Source: Spirochaetaceae bacterium
GTDB taxonomy: Bacteria > Spirochaetota > Spirochaetia > DSM-2461
Reading direction: 5' to 3'
DNA: 64,000 bases
Assembly: GCA_051531975.1 (NCBI GenBank)
Contig: JAOPTT010000006.1
Span: forward strand, 320,656-384,655
Of the stretch, positions 44,657-54,086 are shown piece by piece (position 1 is the stretch's first letter; the number at the start of each line of letters is the position of its first letter). A model generated the notes under the pieces. The model worked only from the letters and a program-made list of their open reading frames with translations, had not been told where the DNA came from and ran no database searches. Position numbers and translations under genes: made by a program.

Positions 44657-45334
44657 ATGCAACAATACAAGAAAGATTTTATTCATTTTATGATTGAAGC
44701 CGGTGTACTTATTTTTGGTGATTTTACTACAAAAAGTGGAAGAAAAACACCCTTTTTTATAAATGCTGGAAATTATAAAACCGGTGAACATCTAGAAAAA
44801 CTTGGTGATTATTATGCACAAGCAATTAATGAAAATTTCCCTGAAAATTTTAATATTTTATATGGACCTGCATATAAAGGTATTCCTTTAGCTGTAACAA
44901 CTGCTATTTCATTAAATAGAACTCAAAATAGAAATGTTTCTTTTTGCTCTAATAGAAAGGAAGTTAAAGATCATGGTGATACAGGGATCTTATTAGGCAG
45001 TAAAATAAAAGATGGTGATAAACTACTTATTATTGAGGATGTAACAACTGCAGGTACTTCAATCTATGAAAATATGCCAATTATTAAGGCTCAAGGTAAT
45101 GTTGATGTTATTGGATTAATAATCTCTGTAGATAGAATGGAAAAAGGTCTAGGTGAACAATCTGCATTTGTAGAACTTAAAGATAAATTTGGTTTTAAAC
45201 CTTGTGCTATTGTTACAATGGAAGAAGTAACTAACTACCTATATAACAGAGAAATTGATGGAAAAATAATAATTGACGATGTAATGAAGTCTCGTATTGC
45301 TGAATATTATAAACTTTATGGTGCAACAAAATAA
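44657..45334 (+). CDS. pyrE: Orotate phosphoribosyltransferase
   Basis: GDFTTKSGR, GPAYKGIP, NRKEVKDHG, IIEDVTTAGTS. Confidence 0.95.
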   Translation: MQQYKKDFIHFMIEAGVLIFGDFTTKSGRKTPFFINAGNYKTGEHLEKLGDYYAQAINENFPENFNILYGPAYKGIPLAVTTAISLNRTQNRNVSFCSNRKEVKDHGDTGILLGSKIKDGDKLLIIEDVTTAGTSIYENMPIIKAQGNVDVIGLIISVDRMEKGLGEQSAFVELKDKFGFKPCAIVTMEEVTNYLYNREIDGKIIIDDVMKSRIAEYYKLYGATK

Positions 45335-45340
45335 GAATCA

Positions 45341-45372
45341 TAATAGTGACGGAAATATATTCGTCACTATTA
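45341..45372. terminator. Hairpin between convergent pyrE and pdxT
   Basis: taatagtgacgga-aatata-ttcgtcactatta. Confidence 0.8.
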
Positions 45373-45389
45373 ATTCGGTTTAATAACTT

Positions 45390-45944
45390 TTATGTAGAAA
45401 TAATGTGGTTCTTGAGTTTTTTATCTCTAAAATACTTATAGAAATCTATATTTTCAGTGAGTTCTGGGTGAAATGTTGTTACTAATATTCTATTATATTC
45501 AGCAGCAACAACTTCTCCATCATACATAGACAATATATCAACTTTCTTATCTACTTCTTTTATTTTAGGTGCTCTAATAAACTTAACTCTACATATTTTA
45601 TTTTGAAATTTTATATCAGTTATAAAGCTATTAGAATGGCTTCCATAACCGTTTCTTTGAACTTTAATATCTATTAGTTTTAAATGATTAGCTAATAAAA
45701 TTAAACCTGCACATGTACCCCATATAAACAATCCTTTATGATATTGATTAATAATAGCTCTATCTAAACCTTTAATTTTTAATATTTTAGCTAATGTGGT
45801 GCTTTCGCCTCCAGGAATTATAAGTCTAGAGATACCTTCTAGGTCTTGGGGGTCATTTACTAATCTGACTATATCACCCTGGGTTTCTATAACTGTAGAG
45901 TGTTCAAGGACTGAACCCTGAAGTGCCAAAACACCAATAATCAT
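45390..45944 (-). CDS. pdxT: PLP synthase glutaminase subunit
   Basis: GVLALQG, PGGESTT, GTCAG, FIRAP, FHPEL. Confidence 0.95.
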   Translation of the reverse strand: MIIGVLALQGSVLEHSTVIETQGDIVRLVNDPQDLEGISRLIIPGGESTTLAKILKIKGLDRAIINQYHKGLFIWGTCAGLILLANHLKLIDIKVQRNGYGSHSNSFITDIKFQNKICRVKFIRAPKIKEVDKKVDILSMYDGEVVAAEYNRILVTTFHPELTENIDFYKYFRDKKLKNHIIST

Positions 45945-46816
45945 TACCAGCCCCTTTTGGCAAATGTTGTTTTTACTTCAGAAGCCACAGTTGAATCCAT
46001 ACAATTACCTAGATCTTCAGAAACTTTTGCTAATAATTTAGGGTCATTAAAATATGCAACAGCTTCAACAATAGCTTTAGCTCTTTTTGCTGGATTATCA
46101 GATTTAAAAATACCTGAACCTACAAATACTCCATCGCAGCCTAGTTGCATCATTAGTGCTGCATCAGCAGGAGTTGCAATTCCACCAGCTGCAAAATTAA
46201 CAACAGGTAGTGTCCCCTTTTCTTTTATGCTTTTTACAAGTTCAAATGGTGCTTTAAAATCCCTTGCCAAGGTCATTAACTGCTCATTCGTAGAAGATAT
46301 TACCTTTTGAATATCAGAGGTCATCTGTCTCATATGCCTAACAGCCTCTACTACATCCCCGGTACCTGCTTCACCTTTTGTTCTAATCATTGAAGCACCT
46401 TCTCCAATTCTTCTTAATGCCTCACCAAGATCTCTTGCTCCACAAACAAAAGGAATTTTAAAATCAGTTTTATTTATATGATATTCTTCATCTGCGTAAG
46501 TTAAGACTTCACTTTCATCAACAAAATCTATTTCAATTGCTTCTAATATTTGTGCTTCAACAAAATGACCAATACGTACTTTAGCCATAACAGGAATTGT
46601 AACTGCATTTTGAATATCCCTAATCATTTTTGGATCAGACATTCTAGAAACGCCACCTTCTTTTCTAATGTCAGAAGGCACTCTCTCTAACGCCATTACA
46701 GCTACAGCCCCGGCTTCTTGGGCAATTATTGCTTGTTCAGGATTGATCACGTCCATAATCACACCACCTTTAAGCATTTTTGCAAGATCTTTATTTATTT
46801 CTACTCTTTCATTCAT
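45944..46816 (-). CDS. pdxS: PLP synthase lyase subunit
   Basis: [43 protein letters not shown]. Confidence 0.97.
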   Translation of the reverse strand: MNERVEINKDLAKMLKGGVIMDVINPEQAIIAQEAGAVAVMALERVPSDIRKEGGVSRMSDPKMIRDIQNAVTIPVMAKVRIGHFVEAQILEAIEIDFVDESEVLTYADEEYHINKTDFKIPFVCGARDLGEALRRIGEGASMIRTKGEAGTGDVVEAVRHMRQMTSDIQKVISSTNEQLMTLARDFKAPFELVKSIKEKGTLPVVNFAAGGIATPADAALMMQLGCDGVFVGSGIFKSDNPAKRAKAIVEAVAYFNDPKLLAKVSEDLGNCMDSTVASEVKTTFAKRGW

Positions 46817-46950
46817 ATTTTCTCCTTCAATTTACAACTCGACAATAAGTTGTGTCTTGGTAATAGGTCAATATTTACCAGTACAATAGTTTATATATTG
46901 CAGATTGTTACCAATTAAAGCATAATTGTATCGTAACAATTGGAGAGATT

Positions 46951-48333
46951 ATGAATAGCACAGATTTTTTTATAGATAAAACAAATGGCCCTCTTTATAT
47001 ACAATTATATGAAAACATCAGATCTAAAATATTAAAAAAGGATCTTTTAGATGGTGAAAAATTACCTACTATAAGGTCCTTGGCAATGGAACTTAAAGTA
47101 AATAATATTACTATTATTAATGCATACAAAAAACTTGAAGAAAATAATTTAGTAGAAAAAAAAGTAGGTAGTGGTTGTTTCGTAAAAAAAAGATCCCTGA
47201 GTTTCTCTACAAATATTATGGATCTTACTGGAACTGATTCTAATATTGATAATTTCCCATTACAAGACTTAAAAGATTCCATCAATTATGTTTTAAATAA
47301 TGATGGATTAGATGTTTTTAAATATGAGGATTCAAGAGGGAATTTTGAACTTAAACTTTGTCTAACTGAATATTTTAAGAAATATAATATTGATACAACA
47401 CCAGAACTTATTCAGATTGTTTCAGGGGGGCAGCAGGCTCTTGATATCATATCAAAATCTCTCATTGTATATGGAGAGACTGTTTTTACTGAAACCCCAA
47501 CATATAAAGGGGCAATTGATAGTTTTAAAAGCCGTGAAGCAAGAATTATAGATATTAATCTTGATGAAGATGGTATAAATATAAATGAGTTGGAAGCTAA
47601 ACTACAAATACGAAAACCATCATTAATTTATATCATGCCATTTAATCAGAAACCTACTGGGATAACCTATTCCCTAAAGAAGAAAAAAAAGTTAATAGAA
47701 CTAGCACACAGATACAATTTTTATATTATAGAAGATGATATGGGCAGTGAAATAGAGTTTAATAGAGAAGATTCATCAACTCTAAAGAGTCTAGATATAT
47801 ACGATCGAGTAATATACATAAAAAGTTTTACTCCTTTATTTATGCCTGGATTAAGGCTTGGTTGTTTAGTTGCCCCCAAAACTATTTACAATAAACTATT
47901 AAATTCTAAATTATCTACAGATATTTCTACTTCTGGACTTTTACAAAGAGCTTTCACGCATTATTTAACTAACTTTGATTGGCAAGATTATTACAATAAT
48001 CTCTCAAATGAATTGATGAAAAAGATAGATTTTGTAACAAACATTTTAAATCATGAGTTCTTAGATCTACTTGATTTTAATAATAATTCTATATCCACTA
48101 GTTTCTGGTTTAAATTAAAACTTGGAGATGGGGAAAAATTAGCTGAAATTTGTAACACTAATAACTTAAGGATAATTCCTGGTGCATATATGGGTGTCGA
48201 TTATACAAATTATTTTCGGATAAATTTAAATAGTATCCCCTACAAAAATATAAAAAAGGCTATGAATGTTTTAAAAAAATCTATAACTGATTTATATTTA
48301 ATAAAAAGAGAATCAAAAAATGACTTTTATTAG
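46951..48333 (+). CDS. pdxR: MocR/PdxR-type GntR regulator with aminotransferase-like domain
   Basis: LYIQL..KLPTIRSLA..AY..L wHTH; GGQQALD, IIEDD, PGLRLG; divergent from pdxST. Confidence 0.85.
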   Translation: MNSTDFFIDKTNGPLYIQLYENIRSKILKKDLLDGEKLPTIRSLAMELKVNNITIINAYKKLEENNLVEKKVGSGCFVKKRSLSFSTNIMDLTGTDSNIDNFPLQDLKDSINYVLNNDGLDVFKYEDSRGNFELKLCLTEYFKKYNIDTTPELIQIVSGGQQALDIISKSLIVYGETVFTETPTYKGAIDSFKSREARIIDINLDEDGININELEAKLQIRKPSLIYIMPFNQKPTGITYSLKKKKKLIELAHRYNFYIIEDDMGSEIEFNREDSSTLKSLDIYDRVIYIKSFTPLFMPGLRLGCLVAPKTIYNKLLNSKLSTDISTSGLLQRAFTHYLTNFDWQDYYNNLSNELMKKIDFVTNILNHEFLDLLDFNNNSISTSFWFKLKLGDGEKLAEICNTNNLRIIPGAYMGVDYTNYFRINLNSIPYKNIKKAMNVLKKSITDLYLIKRESKNDFY

Positions 48334-48391
48334 TAATTATTTGATAAAAATGTGTCAAATCTATATTTAATAATAATAATTACTAATAAAA
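48325..48391. promoter_or_regulatory. 17-bp perfect inverted repeat upstream of cydA
   Basis: ttttattagtaattatt (48325-48341) and aataattactaataaaa (48375-48391). Confidence 0.5.
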
Positions 48392-48455
48392 AATCAAAAA
48401 TATATTGTTAAAGATTAATATAAACATATATAATTGATTAAGAGGTTTAAAAAAT

Positions 48456-49610
48456 ATGGTAGAAATATTAAGTAGAATACAGTTTGCGTTTGCTATTGGT
48501 TTTCATTTTTTGTTTGTTCCACTGAGCATTGGTTTAATTTTTTTAGTTTGTATATATGAATTTTATCATTTAAAAACAAAAAATATTAAATACAAACATC
48601 TTTCTGAATTTTATGGAGATATGTTTGTAATTAATTATGCTTTTGGAATTGTTACAGGCTTTACTATGAGTTTGCAGTTTGGTACTAATTGGTCTGCATA
48701 TTCGATGTATATGGGAGATGTATTTGGTGCTCCATTGGTTATTGAAGCAATTATTGCATTCTTTTTAGAATCAACATTTACAGGTTTATGGATATTTAAA
48801 AAGAATAAAATGTCTGGAAGGCTTAGATTTATAACTGTTTTACTAATTTTTATAGGTACTAACTTCTCAGCATTATGGATTATAACAGCAAATGGTTTTA
48901 TGCAAAATCCGGTGGGTTATAAGATCGCCATTGATGGAAGTAGAATTTTAGTTGATAACTTCCGAGAGATAATATTTAATCCTTATGCTTGGTATATGTT
49001 AATACATAATAACTTATCTGCTATTTTACTTGGTGCTTATTTTGTCTTAGGTATTGGAGCATACAAGTATCTAAAATTAGATAAAGAAAGTGATGAAGCT
49101 AAAACTTTTGAAATGGGATTTAGGCCAGCGAATAAAATTTTAGTAGTTTCTGCTATTTTAATGCCTATAGTTGGTTATTCTTATTTTAACTATATAGTAC
49201 CAATTCAGCCTTTAAAAATTGATGCTGTAAGTGGTGGAAATCCTTTTGTTACAATTGCATTCGCTTTAATGGTTGGTTTAGGTACATTGTTTATTTTATA
49301 TTCAATTTATACTTTGGTTTTCTTTAAAAAGTATATGAAATCGCCAACTATGCAAAAGTTCTATTTATGGACATTTTTTCTCCCATACATTGCAATACTT
49401 TCTGGATGGGTAGTAGCGGAAGTTGGAAGACAACCATATGTTGTTTATGGTCTTATGTTAACTAAAGATGCTGTAAGTACGGTTCCAGTTATGCAGGTAT
49501 GGTTTTCTTTAATAACTATATTTGTTATGTATTTTATTTTAGCAGTGGGATGCATTTATCTACTTATTAAAAGAGTTAAAGCTCCTTTAATTAAAGAGGA
49601 GACAGTATGA
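48456..49610 (+). CDS. cydA: Cytochrome bd subunit I, Q-loop-deleted variant
   Basis: SRIQFA..FHFLFVPL, QFGTNWS, IEAIIAFFLES, ANGFMQNP, LIH, LMVGLG, GWVVAEVGRQP; only 384 aa. Confidence 0.93.
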   Translation: MVEILSRIQFAFAIGFHFLFVPLSIGLIFLVCIYEFYHLKTKNIKYKHLSEFYGDMFVINYAFGIVTGFTMSLQFGTNWSAYSMYMGDVFGAPLVIEAIIAFFLESTFTGLWIFKKNKMSGRLRFITVLLIFIGTNFSALWIITANGFMQNPVGYKIAIDGSRILVDNFREIIFNPYAWYMLIHNNLSAILLGAYFVLGIGAYKYLKLDKESDEAKTFEMGFRPANKILVVSAILMPIVGYSYFNYIVPIQPLKIDAVSGGNPFVTIAFALMVGLGTLFILYSIYTLVFFKKYMKSPTMQKFYLWTFFLPYIAILSGWVVAEVGRQPYVVYGLMLTKDAVSTVPVMQVWFSLITIFVMYFILAVGCIYLLIKRVKAPLIKEETV

Positions 49611-50614
49611 GTCACGAATTATTAGCAAATCTTTGGTATTATTTATTAGTATTAGTTTGGAGTATTTACATTAGTCAGGAACTTTTTGTAACTGGTGTTA
49701 GTATGTTAAGTATTAATTATAAAGTTGAAGATAAATCTTTCAAATTGATTAATGAATGTGTTGGAACTTTCTGGGATGGAATTCAAGTTTGGTTAATTGT
49801 TGCTATTGGTGGCTTGTTTGCAACCTTCCCTACAGCATATGGTTTAACTCTACAAGCTCTCTATATCCCATTTTATCTACTCTTAGTCGCTATTATATTT
49901 AGAGGAACATCCATTGAACTTATTTATAAATCTGATGATCCATTATGGCGGAAAGCTCTAAGTAAAATTTGGGTTATATCAAGTTTTCTTCTAATTTTTA
50001 TAGAAGGTGTTTATCTGGTTAACTTATTTATAGGTTTACCAATAAAAAACCAGCTAATGACAGAGAATTTTCTCACTATTTTTTCTAGAGCCACGTTATT
50101 AGGTGGACTTTTATTTACATTAACAGCTCTTTCTATGGGTTATACGTGGATAAAGTTAACCCTAGGAAAGGATTTTAAAACACCATCTAAAAAATCAATT
50201 TTATGGATAAGTGGTGCTATGGTTTTTGTTTGTACATTATTGTTTTTATCTTTAACAAATGAACATATAGTATTTGAATCAGGTCTATTTGCTGAATTAC
50301 CAGTTTTATGGATATTACCAATATCAGCAATGTTATTATTTTTGTTACAGTTTATTTTTCATTTATTTGAAAAATATGTTGTTGTATTTATTACAACTAT
50401 TCTAGGAATATCATTAGTACTTTTTACAGGTTTTAGTGCTTCTTTCCCATATATTTTACCATCAAATATTGATCCATCTGAAGGTATTAAAATAATAGAT
50501 GCCGCTGCTTCTGTTCATGCATTAGAAATTATTACAATTGTAGCTGCTATTTTCTTACCAGTTGTTATTGGTTATCAGACATGGAAGTATGTAAAATTTG
50601 GGAGAAAATTTTAG
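49607..50614 (+). CDS. cydB: Cytochrome bd subunit II
   Basis: FWDGIQVWLI..GGLFATFP..Y, IFRG..IE, FPYILPS, PVVIGYQTW. Confidence 0.9.
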   Translation: MSHELLANLWYYLLVLVWSIYISQELFVTGVSMLSINYKVEDKSFKLINECVGTFWDGIQVWLIVAIGGLFATFPTAYGLTLQALYIPFYLLLVAIIFRGTSIELIYKSDDPLWRKALSKIWVISSFLLIFIEGVYLVNLFIGLPIKNQLMTENFLTIFSRATLLGGLLFTLTALSMGYTWIKLTLGKDFKTPSKKSILWISGAMVFVCTLLFLSLTNEHIVFESGLFAELPVLWILPISAMLLFLLQFIFHLFEKYVVVFITTILGISLVLFTGFSASFPYILPSNIDPSEGIKIIDAAASVHALEIITIVAAIFLPVVIGYQTWKYVKFGRKF

Positions 50615-51760
50615 ATGAAAGTTATTACAAATAAATTACCTTTAAAACATATTTATGGTGATCTTGATAGTATGGTTTTAGATTTTGTTCGTATTCTTTA
50701 TGTATTAGCAGGTTTATCAATTATATTTAATTCAATTTACGATGTTGCTTTTGGTATTAAAGCAGTATTAATTATATTAGTAAGTATAATTGTATCTAGA
50801 GAGACAGAGATTTTCTTTTTAACTCAAAAATCTGATGTACCTAGAGCTGAAGCTAAAGAAGCAATTAAAATTACAAAACCTGAAGTTACAGGGATAATCT
50901 TTGCACTTCTACTACCTGTAGGTACACCAATATTTGTTGTTATTGTTGGTGCATTCATAAGTATTTTTGTTGGTAAGATGATTTTTGGTGGATATTCATT
51001 TAATGTATTTAACCCAGCGATTATTGGTAGACTTTTTGTAGGTATTGCATGGCCAGCTCTAGTAACTATTAATTTTCCTAATATTATGGATAACTACTTA
51101 TTAGGCCTAATTTTTAATAAGGATTATTCTATAGAATTATTATCTCCACTTATGATGTTACAAGAAAATGGAATAGTTTCATTATTAAATATGAATACTA
51201 TTAGCTCATTATTATTCAAACCAAATTTTGGTATGATGTTTTCTTTACCTAGTATAGTTTATCTTTTATTGATAGTTCACTTTACCGTTGGTAAGAAAAT
51301 TGATATGAAACCAATTTTATTTTCAATTTTGGCTTCTGTTATAGTTCTCGGAGTAATATCTATTGGTTTTAATCTAGGCATATATTATGTTTTATTTCAC
51401 TTTTTAACTGGTGGGTTTTTATTTGTAACTCTTTTTATGATGACGGATCCATTTACTAAACCATTTAATAGTATTGGAGTATTGTATTATTCAGTAATTT
51501 TTGTTTTTACTTTTACTTTAATAAGGTTTTTGGGAAAAGGCGCTGATGGTGTATTAAATGCTCTGTTATTTTCTAATCTTTTTGTTCCTTTATTAAATAA
51601 AAAAACTAAAGGGTTTGTATTTGGTTTAAATAAAAAAAGTATATTAGCAGTTGTAATTATGCTTCTAGTTCTTTTGGGTACTGGATTATTCATTAATTCA
51701 ATTCTAGGTTATAGAATTGAAGTTGGAGAAGTTATGGTGAATGCATATGTTAAAAGTTAG
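50615..51760 (+). CDS. rnfD: RnfD-like membrane subunit lacking the canonical flavinylation motif
   Basis: VTGIIFALLLP, KMIFGG..NVFNPAIIGR, FMMTDPFT, DGV..ALLFSNLFVPL. Confidence 0.85.
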   Translation: MKVITNKLPLKHIYGDLDSMVLDFVRILYVLAGLSIIFNSIYDVAFGIKAVLIILVSIIVSRETEIFFLTQKSDVPRAEAKEAIKITKPEVTGIIFALLLPVGTPIFVVIVGAFISIFVGKMIFGGYSFNVFNPAIIGRLFVGIAWPALVTINFPNIMDNYLLGLIFNKDYSIELLSPLMMLQENGIVSLLNMNTISSLLFKPNFGMMFSLPSIVYLLLIVHFTVGKKIDMKPILFSILASVIVLGVISIGFNLGIYYVLFHFLTGGFLFVTLFMMTDPFTKPFNSIGVLYYSVIFVFTFTLIRFLGKGADGVLNALLFSNLFVPLLNKKTKGFVFGLNKKSILAVVIMLLVLLGTGLFINSILGYRIEVGEVMVNAYVKS

Positions 51761-52286
51761 TTTAAAATATGGTGGGATTTTATTTATAACTGCAGTGATT
51801 TGTGCTTTTTGTGTTTCAGCAGTTTTTGTTATAGTTGAACCAATTATTATTGAAAGAACTATGGATAAAGTTAGAGAAAATTTAAATTATATTTTTTCTG
51901 GAACTAGTTTTGAATATAAAGATGTTTCTGGTGAATTTAATGCTTTAGATATTAAAAATGCAGATGCACTTTATAATGTTTCTTTAGAGAATGGAACTAC
52001 TAATTATGTTTATGAAATGAGTCCTGAGGGGCGAAATGATGAGATCCTGTTTTTAATTGCTTATGATAAAGATGGTAATGTTGTAAAAATACAATATGTT
52101 CAGATGCGTGAAACTAGAGGACGTGGAGATAAGATAACTAAAGATAACTATTTAGATAAAATATATAATCAAAATGCGTCTGATATGGATGTTGATATGA
52201 TAACAGGTGCTACATATTCTTCAGGTGCCATGAAACAAAGTATTGAAGATAGTTCAAACCACTTAATTAGTGAGGTTTTAAAATGA
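51741..52286 (+). CDS. rnfG: RnfG-like membrane-anchored FMN-binding protein
   Basis: N-terminal TM; ETRGRG; flavinylation motif DMITGATYSS. Confidence 0.87.
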   Translation: MHMLKVSLKYGGILFITAVICAFCVSAVFVIVEPIIIERTMDKVRENLNYIFSGTSFEYKDVSGEFNALDIKNADALYNVSLENGTTNYVYEMSPEGRNDEILFLIAYDKDGNVVKIQYVQMRETRGRGDKITKDNYLDKIYNQNASDMDVDMITGATYSSGAMKQSIEDSSNHLISEVLK

Positions 52287-52993
52287 AAAATTACGGTAAA
52301 GATTTATATCGTGGAATAGTGAAAGAGAACCCTACTTTTGTTCTATTTTTAGGAATGTGTCCTACTCTTGCATTAACAAATAACTTAACTAATGCAGTTG
52401 GAATGGGTTTGAGTGTTGTGGTTGTTTTAGCTATTACAAATACGATGATATCTCTTATTAGAAAAATAATTCCGGATGATATTCGTATCCCAGTTTATAT
52501 CACAGTCATTGCATCTGTAGTAACTATCTTAGGTATGTTAATGGAGGCTTATTTACCAGCTTTATTTGAGAGTCTAGGAATCTACTTACCTCTTATTGTT
52601 GTTAACTGTATCATTTTAGGTAGAGCTGAAGCATTTGCATCTCAAAATCCTGTTATGGATTCATTTATAGATGGAATATCAAGTGGATTAGGTTTTTTAC
52701 TTGGTCTCTCAACGTTAGCTTTTTTTAGAGAACTAATTGGTTCCGGTGCTGTTGAACTTCTTAAATTTAGATTAATAGATGCAAATCATGCACCAGTTAT
52801 CTTTATAGAATCATCAGGTGCTTTCTTAATGTTTGGTTTAATAGCGTGGATGATTAATACTATTAAAATAAATAAAGAAAAAGAAGCAAAAAGGGTTAAA
52901 GCTGAGTTCATAAAGCAAAAGATGGCAGAAGCAAAACTGAAAAAAGAACAATTTGAAAATGATAAATTGAAAAAGGCAGATGAAAATGAATAG
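52283..52993 (+). CDS. rnfE: RnfE subunit
   Basis: ENPTFVLFLGMCPTLA, IRIPVYI, PLIVVNCIILGRAEAFA. Confidence 0.93.
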   Translation: MKNYGKDLYRGIVKENPTFVLFLGMCPTLALTNNLTNAVGMGLSVVVVLAITNTMISLIRKIIPDDIRIPVYITVIASVVTILGMLMEAYLPALFESLGIYLPLIVVNCIILGRAEAFASQNPVMDSFIDGISSGLGFLLGLSTLAFFRELIGSGAVELLKFRLIDANHAPVIFIESSGAFLMFGLIAWMINTIKINKEKEAKRVKAEFIKQKMAEAKLKKEQFENDKLKKADENE

Positions 52994-53591
52994 TGTAGTA
53001 CAATTAGTAACAATAGCATTTAGTGCTTTTTTAATTCAAAACATAATACTTACTCAGTTTTTAGGTCTATGTTCATTTTTTGGAGTTGGAAATAAGGAAG
53101 AGTCTGCTTTAGGAATGGGACTTGCTGTTACATTTGTAATAACACTTTCTTCTATTGCAACTTATGCTCTGTATATATTTGTTTTAGTACCGTTTAAACT
53201 CGAATTTCTTTCAACAATATCCTTTATCTTAGTTGTAAGTGGTCTTGTTCAATTTGTAGAAATGGTCATAAAAAAATATGTTCCTGGTCTATATAAAAGT
53301 TTGGGAGTATACCTTCCTTTAATCACAACAAATTGTGCAGTTCTTGGTGTTGCACTGTTAAATATAGATAAAATAAATCCTGATGCGACTATGGGAATGA
53401 ATTTTCTGATGATGTTGTTATTTAGTTTTTTTACAGCATCTGGCTATGCTTTTGTAATCTACCTGTTTTCATTAATAAGAGAACAAATTGCTAAGACTCC
53501 AATTCATCCTGGGCTTAAAGGTGTACCTATTGCTTTAATTACTGCATTTGTAATGGCTATGGGGTTTAATGGCTTTGTAGGAATGTTTTAA
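52980..53591 (+). CDS. rnfA: RnfA subunit
   Basis: QFLGLC, GMGLAVTFV, LVQFVEM, LGVYLPLITTNCAVLG, KGVPIAL. Confidence 0.93.
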   Translation: MKMNSVVQLVTIAFSAFLIQNIILTQFLGLCSFFGVGNKEESALGMGLAVTFVITLSSIATYALYIFVLVPFKLEFLSTISFILVVSGLVQFVEMVIKKYVPGLYKSLGVYLPLITTNCAVLGVALLNIDKINPDATMGMNFLMMLLFSFFTASGYAFVIYLFSLIREQIAKTPIHPGLKGVPIALITAFVMAMGFNGFVGMF

Positions 53592-53773
53592 TGAGAATTA
53601 TAGTTGCTGCCTTAGTTGTATTAGCTCTTATTAGTTTTTATCTAATTATGTGGAAACTAAATAAGAAACAAAAGTTACCGGATGGAATTGAAGAGTCATT
53701 AAAGACATGCGATTCATGTGGTGAAAATGGGTGTGGACTACATCCTAATCAGAGAGGTAAAAATAATGAATAG
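53591..53773 (+). CDS. Small membrane-anchored Cys-rich protein
   Basis: TM helix plus CDSCGENGC; overlaps both rnfA and rnfB. Confidence 0.75.
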   Translation: MRIIVAALVVLALISFYLIMWKLNKKQKLPDGIEESLKTCDSCGENGCGLHPNQRGKNNE

Positions 53774-54068
53774 CATAATTATAAATGCAGTAGTGGTAAT
53801 TGGAGTTGTAGGTTTAATAATAGGCCTACTACTTGGAGTTGCGTCAATAATATTTGCAGTTAAAGTAGATGAACGTGTTAAAGCTGTTTACGATTTACTA
53901 CCCCATTTTAACTGTGGTTCTTGTGGATTTCCTGGATGTGCAGGAATGGCTCAAGGATTAGTAAATTCAGAGGTTCCAATTAGTAATTGTAAACCTTCTA
54001 AACCAGATGGTAAGCAGAAGATCAAAGAAGTATTAGATTCGTATGGTATAGAAAATAGATTATCATAA
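53766..54068 (+). CDS. rnfB: Minimal RnfB (TM anchor plus one Fe-S domain)
   Basis: ATG 53766 after gagagg; FAVKVDERV..LPHFNCGSCGFPGC...C; no ferredoxin repeats. Confidence 0.85.
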   Translation: MNSIIINAVVVIGVVGLIIGLLLGVASIIFAVKVDERVKAVYDLLPHFNCGSCGFPGCAGMAQGLVNSEVPISNCKPSKPDGKQKIKEVLDSYGIENRLS

Positions 54069-54086
54069 AATTAGTATATTATTAGT

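Noticed and set aside
48456..49610. cydA as a pseudogene because it is short
   Set aside because: There is no frameshift or internal stop, the shortening is one in-frame loop deletion, and the heme ligands and C-terminal helices are retained.
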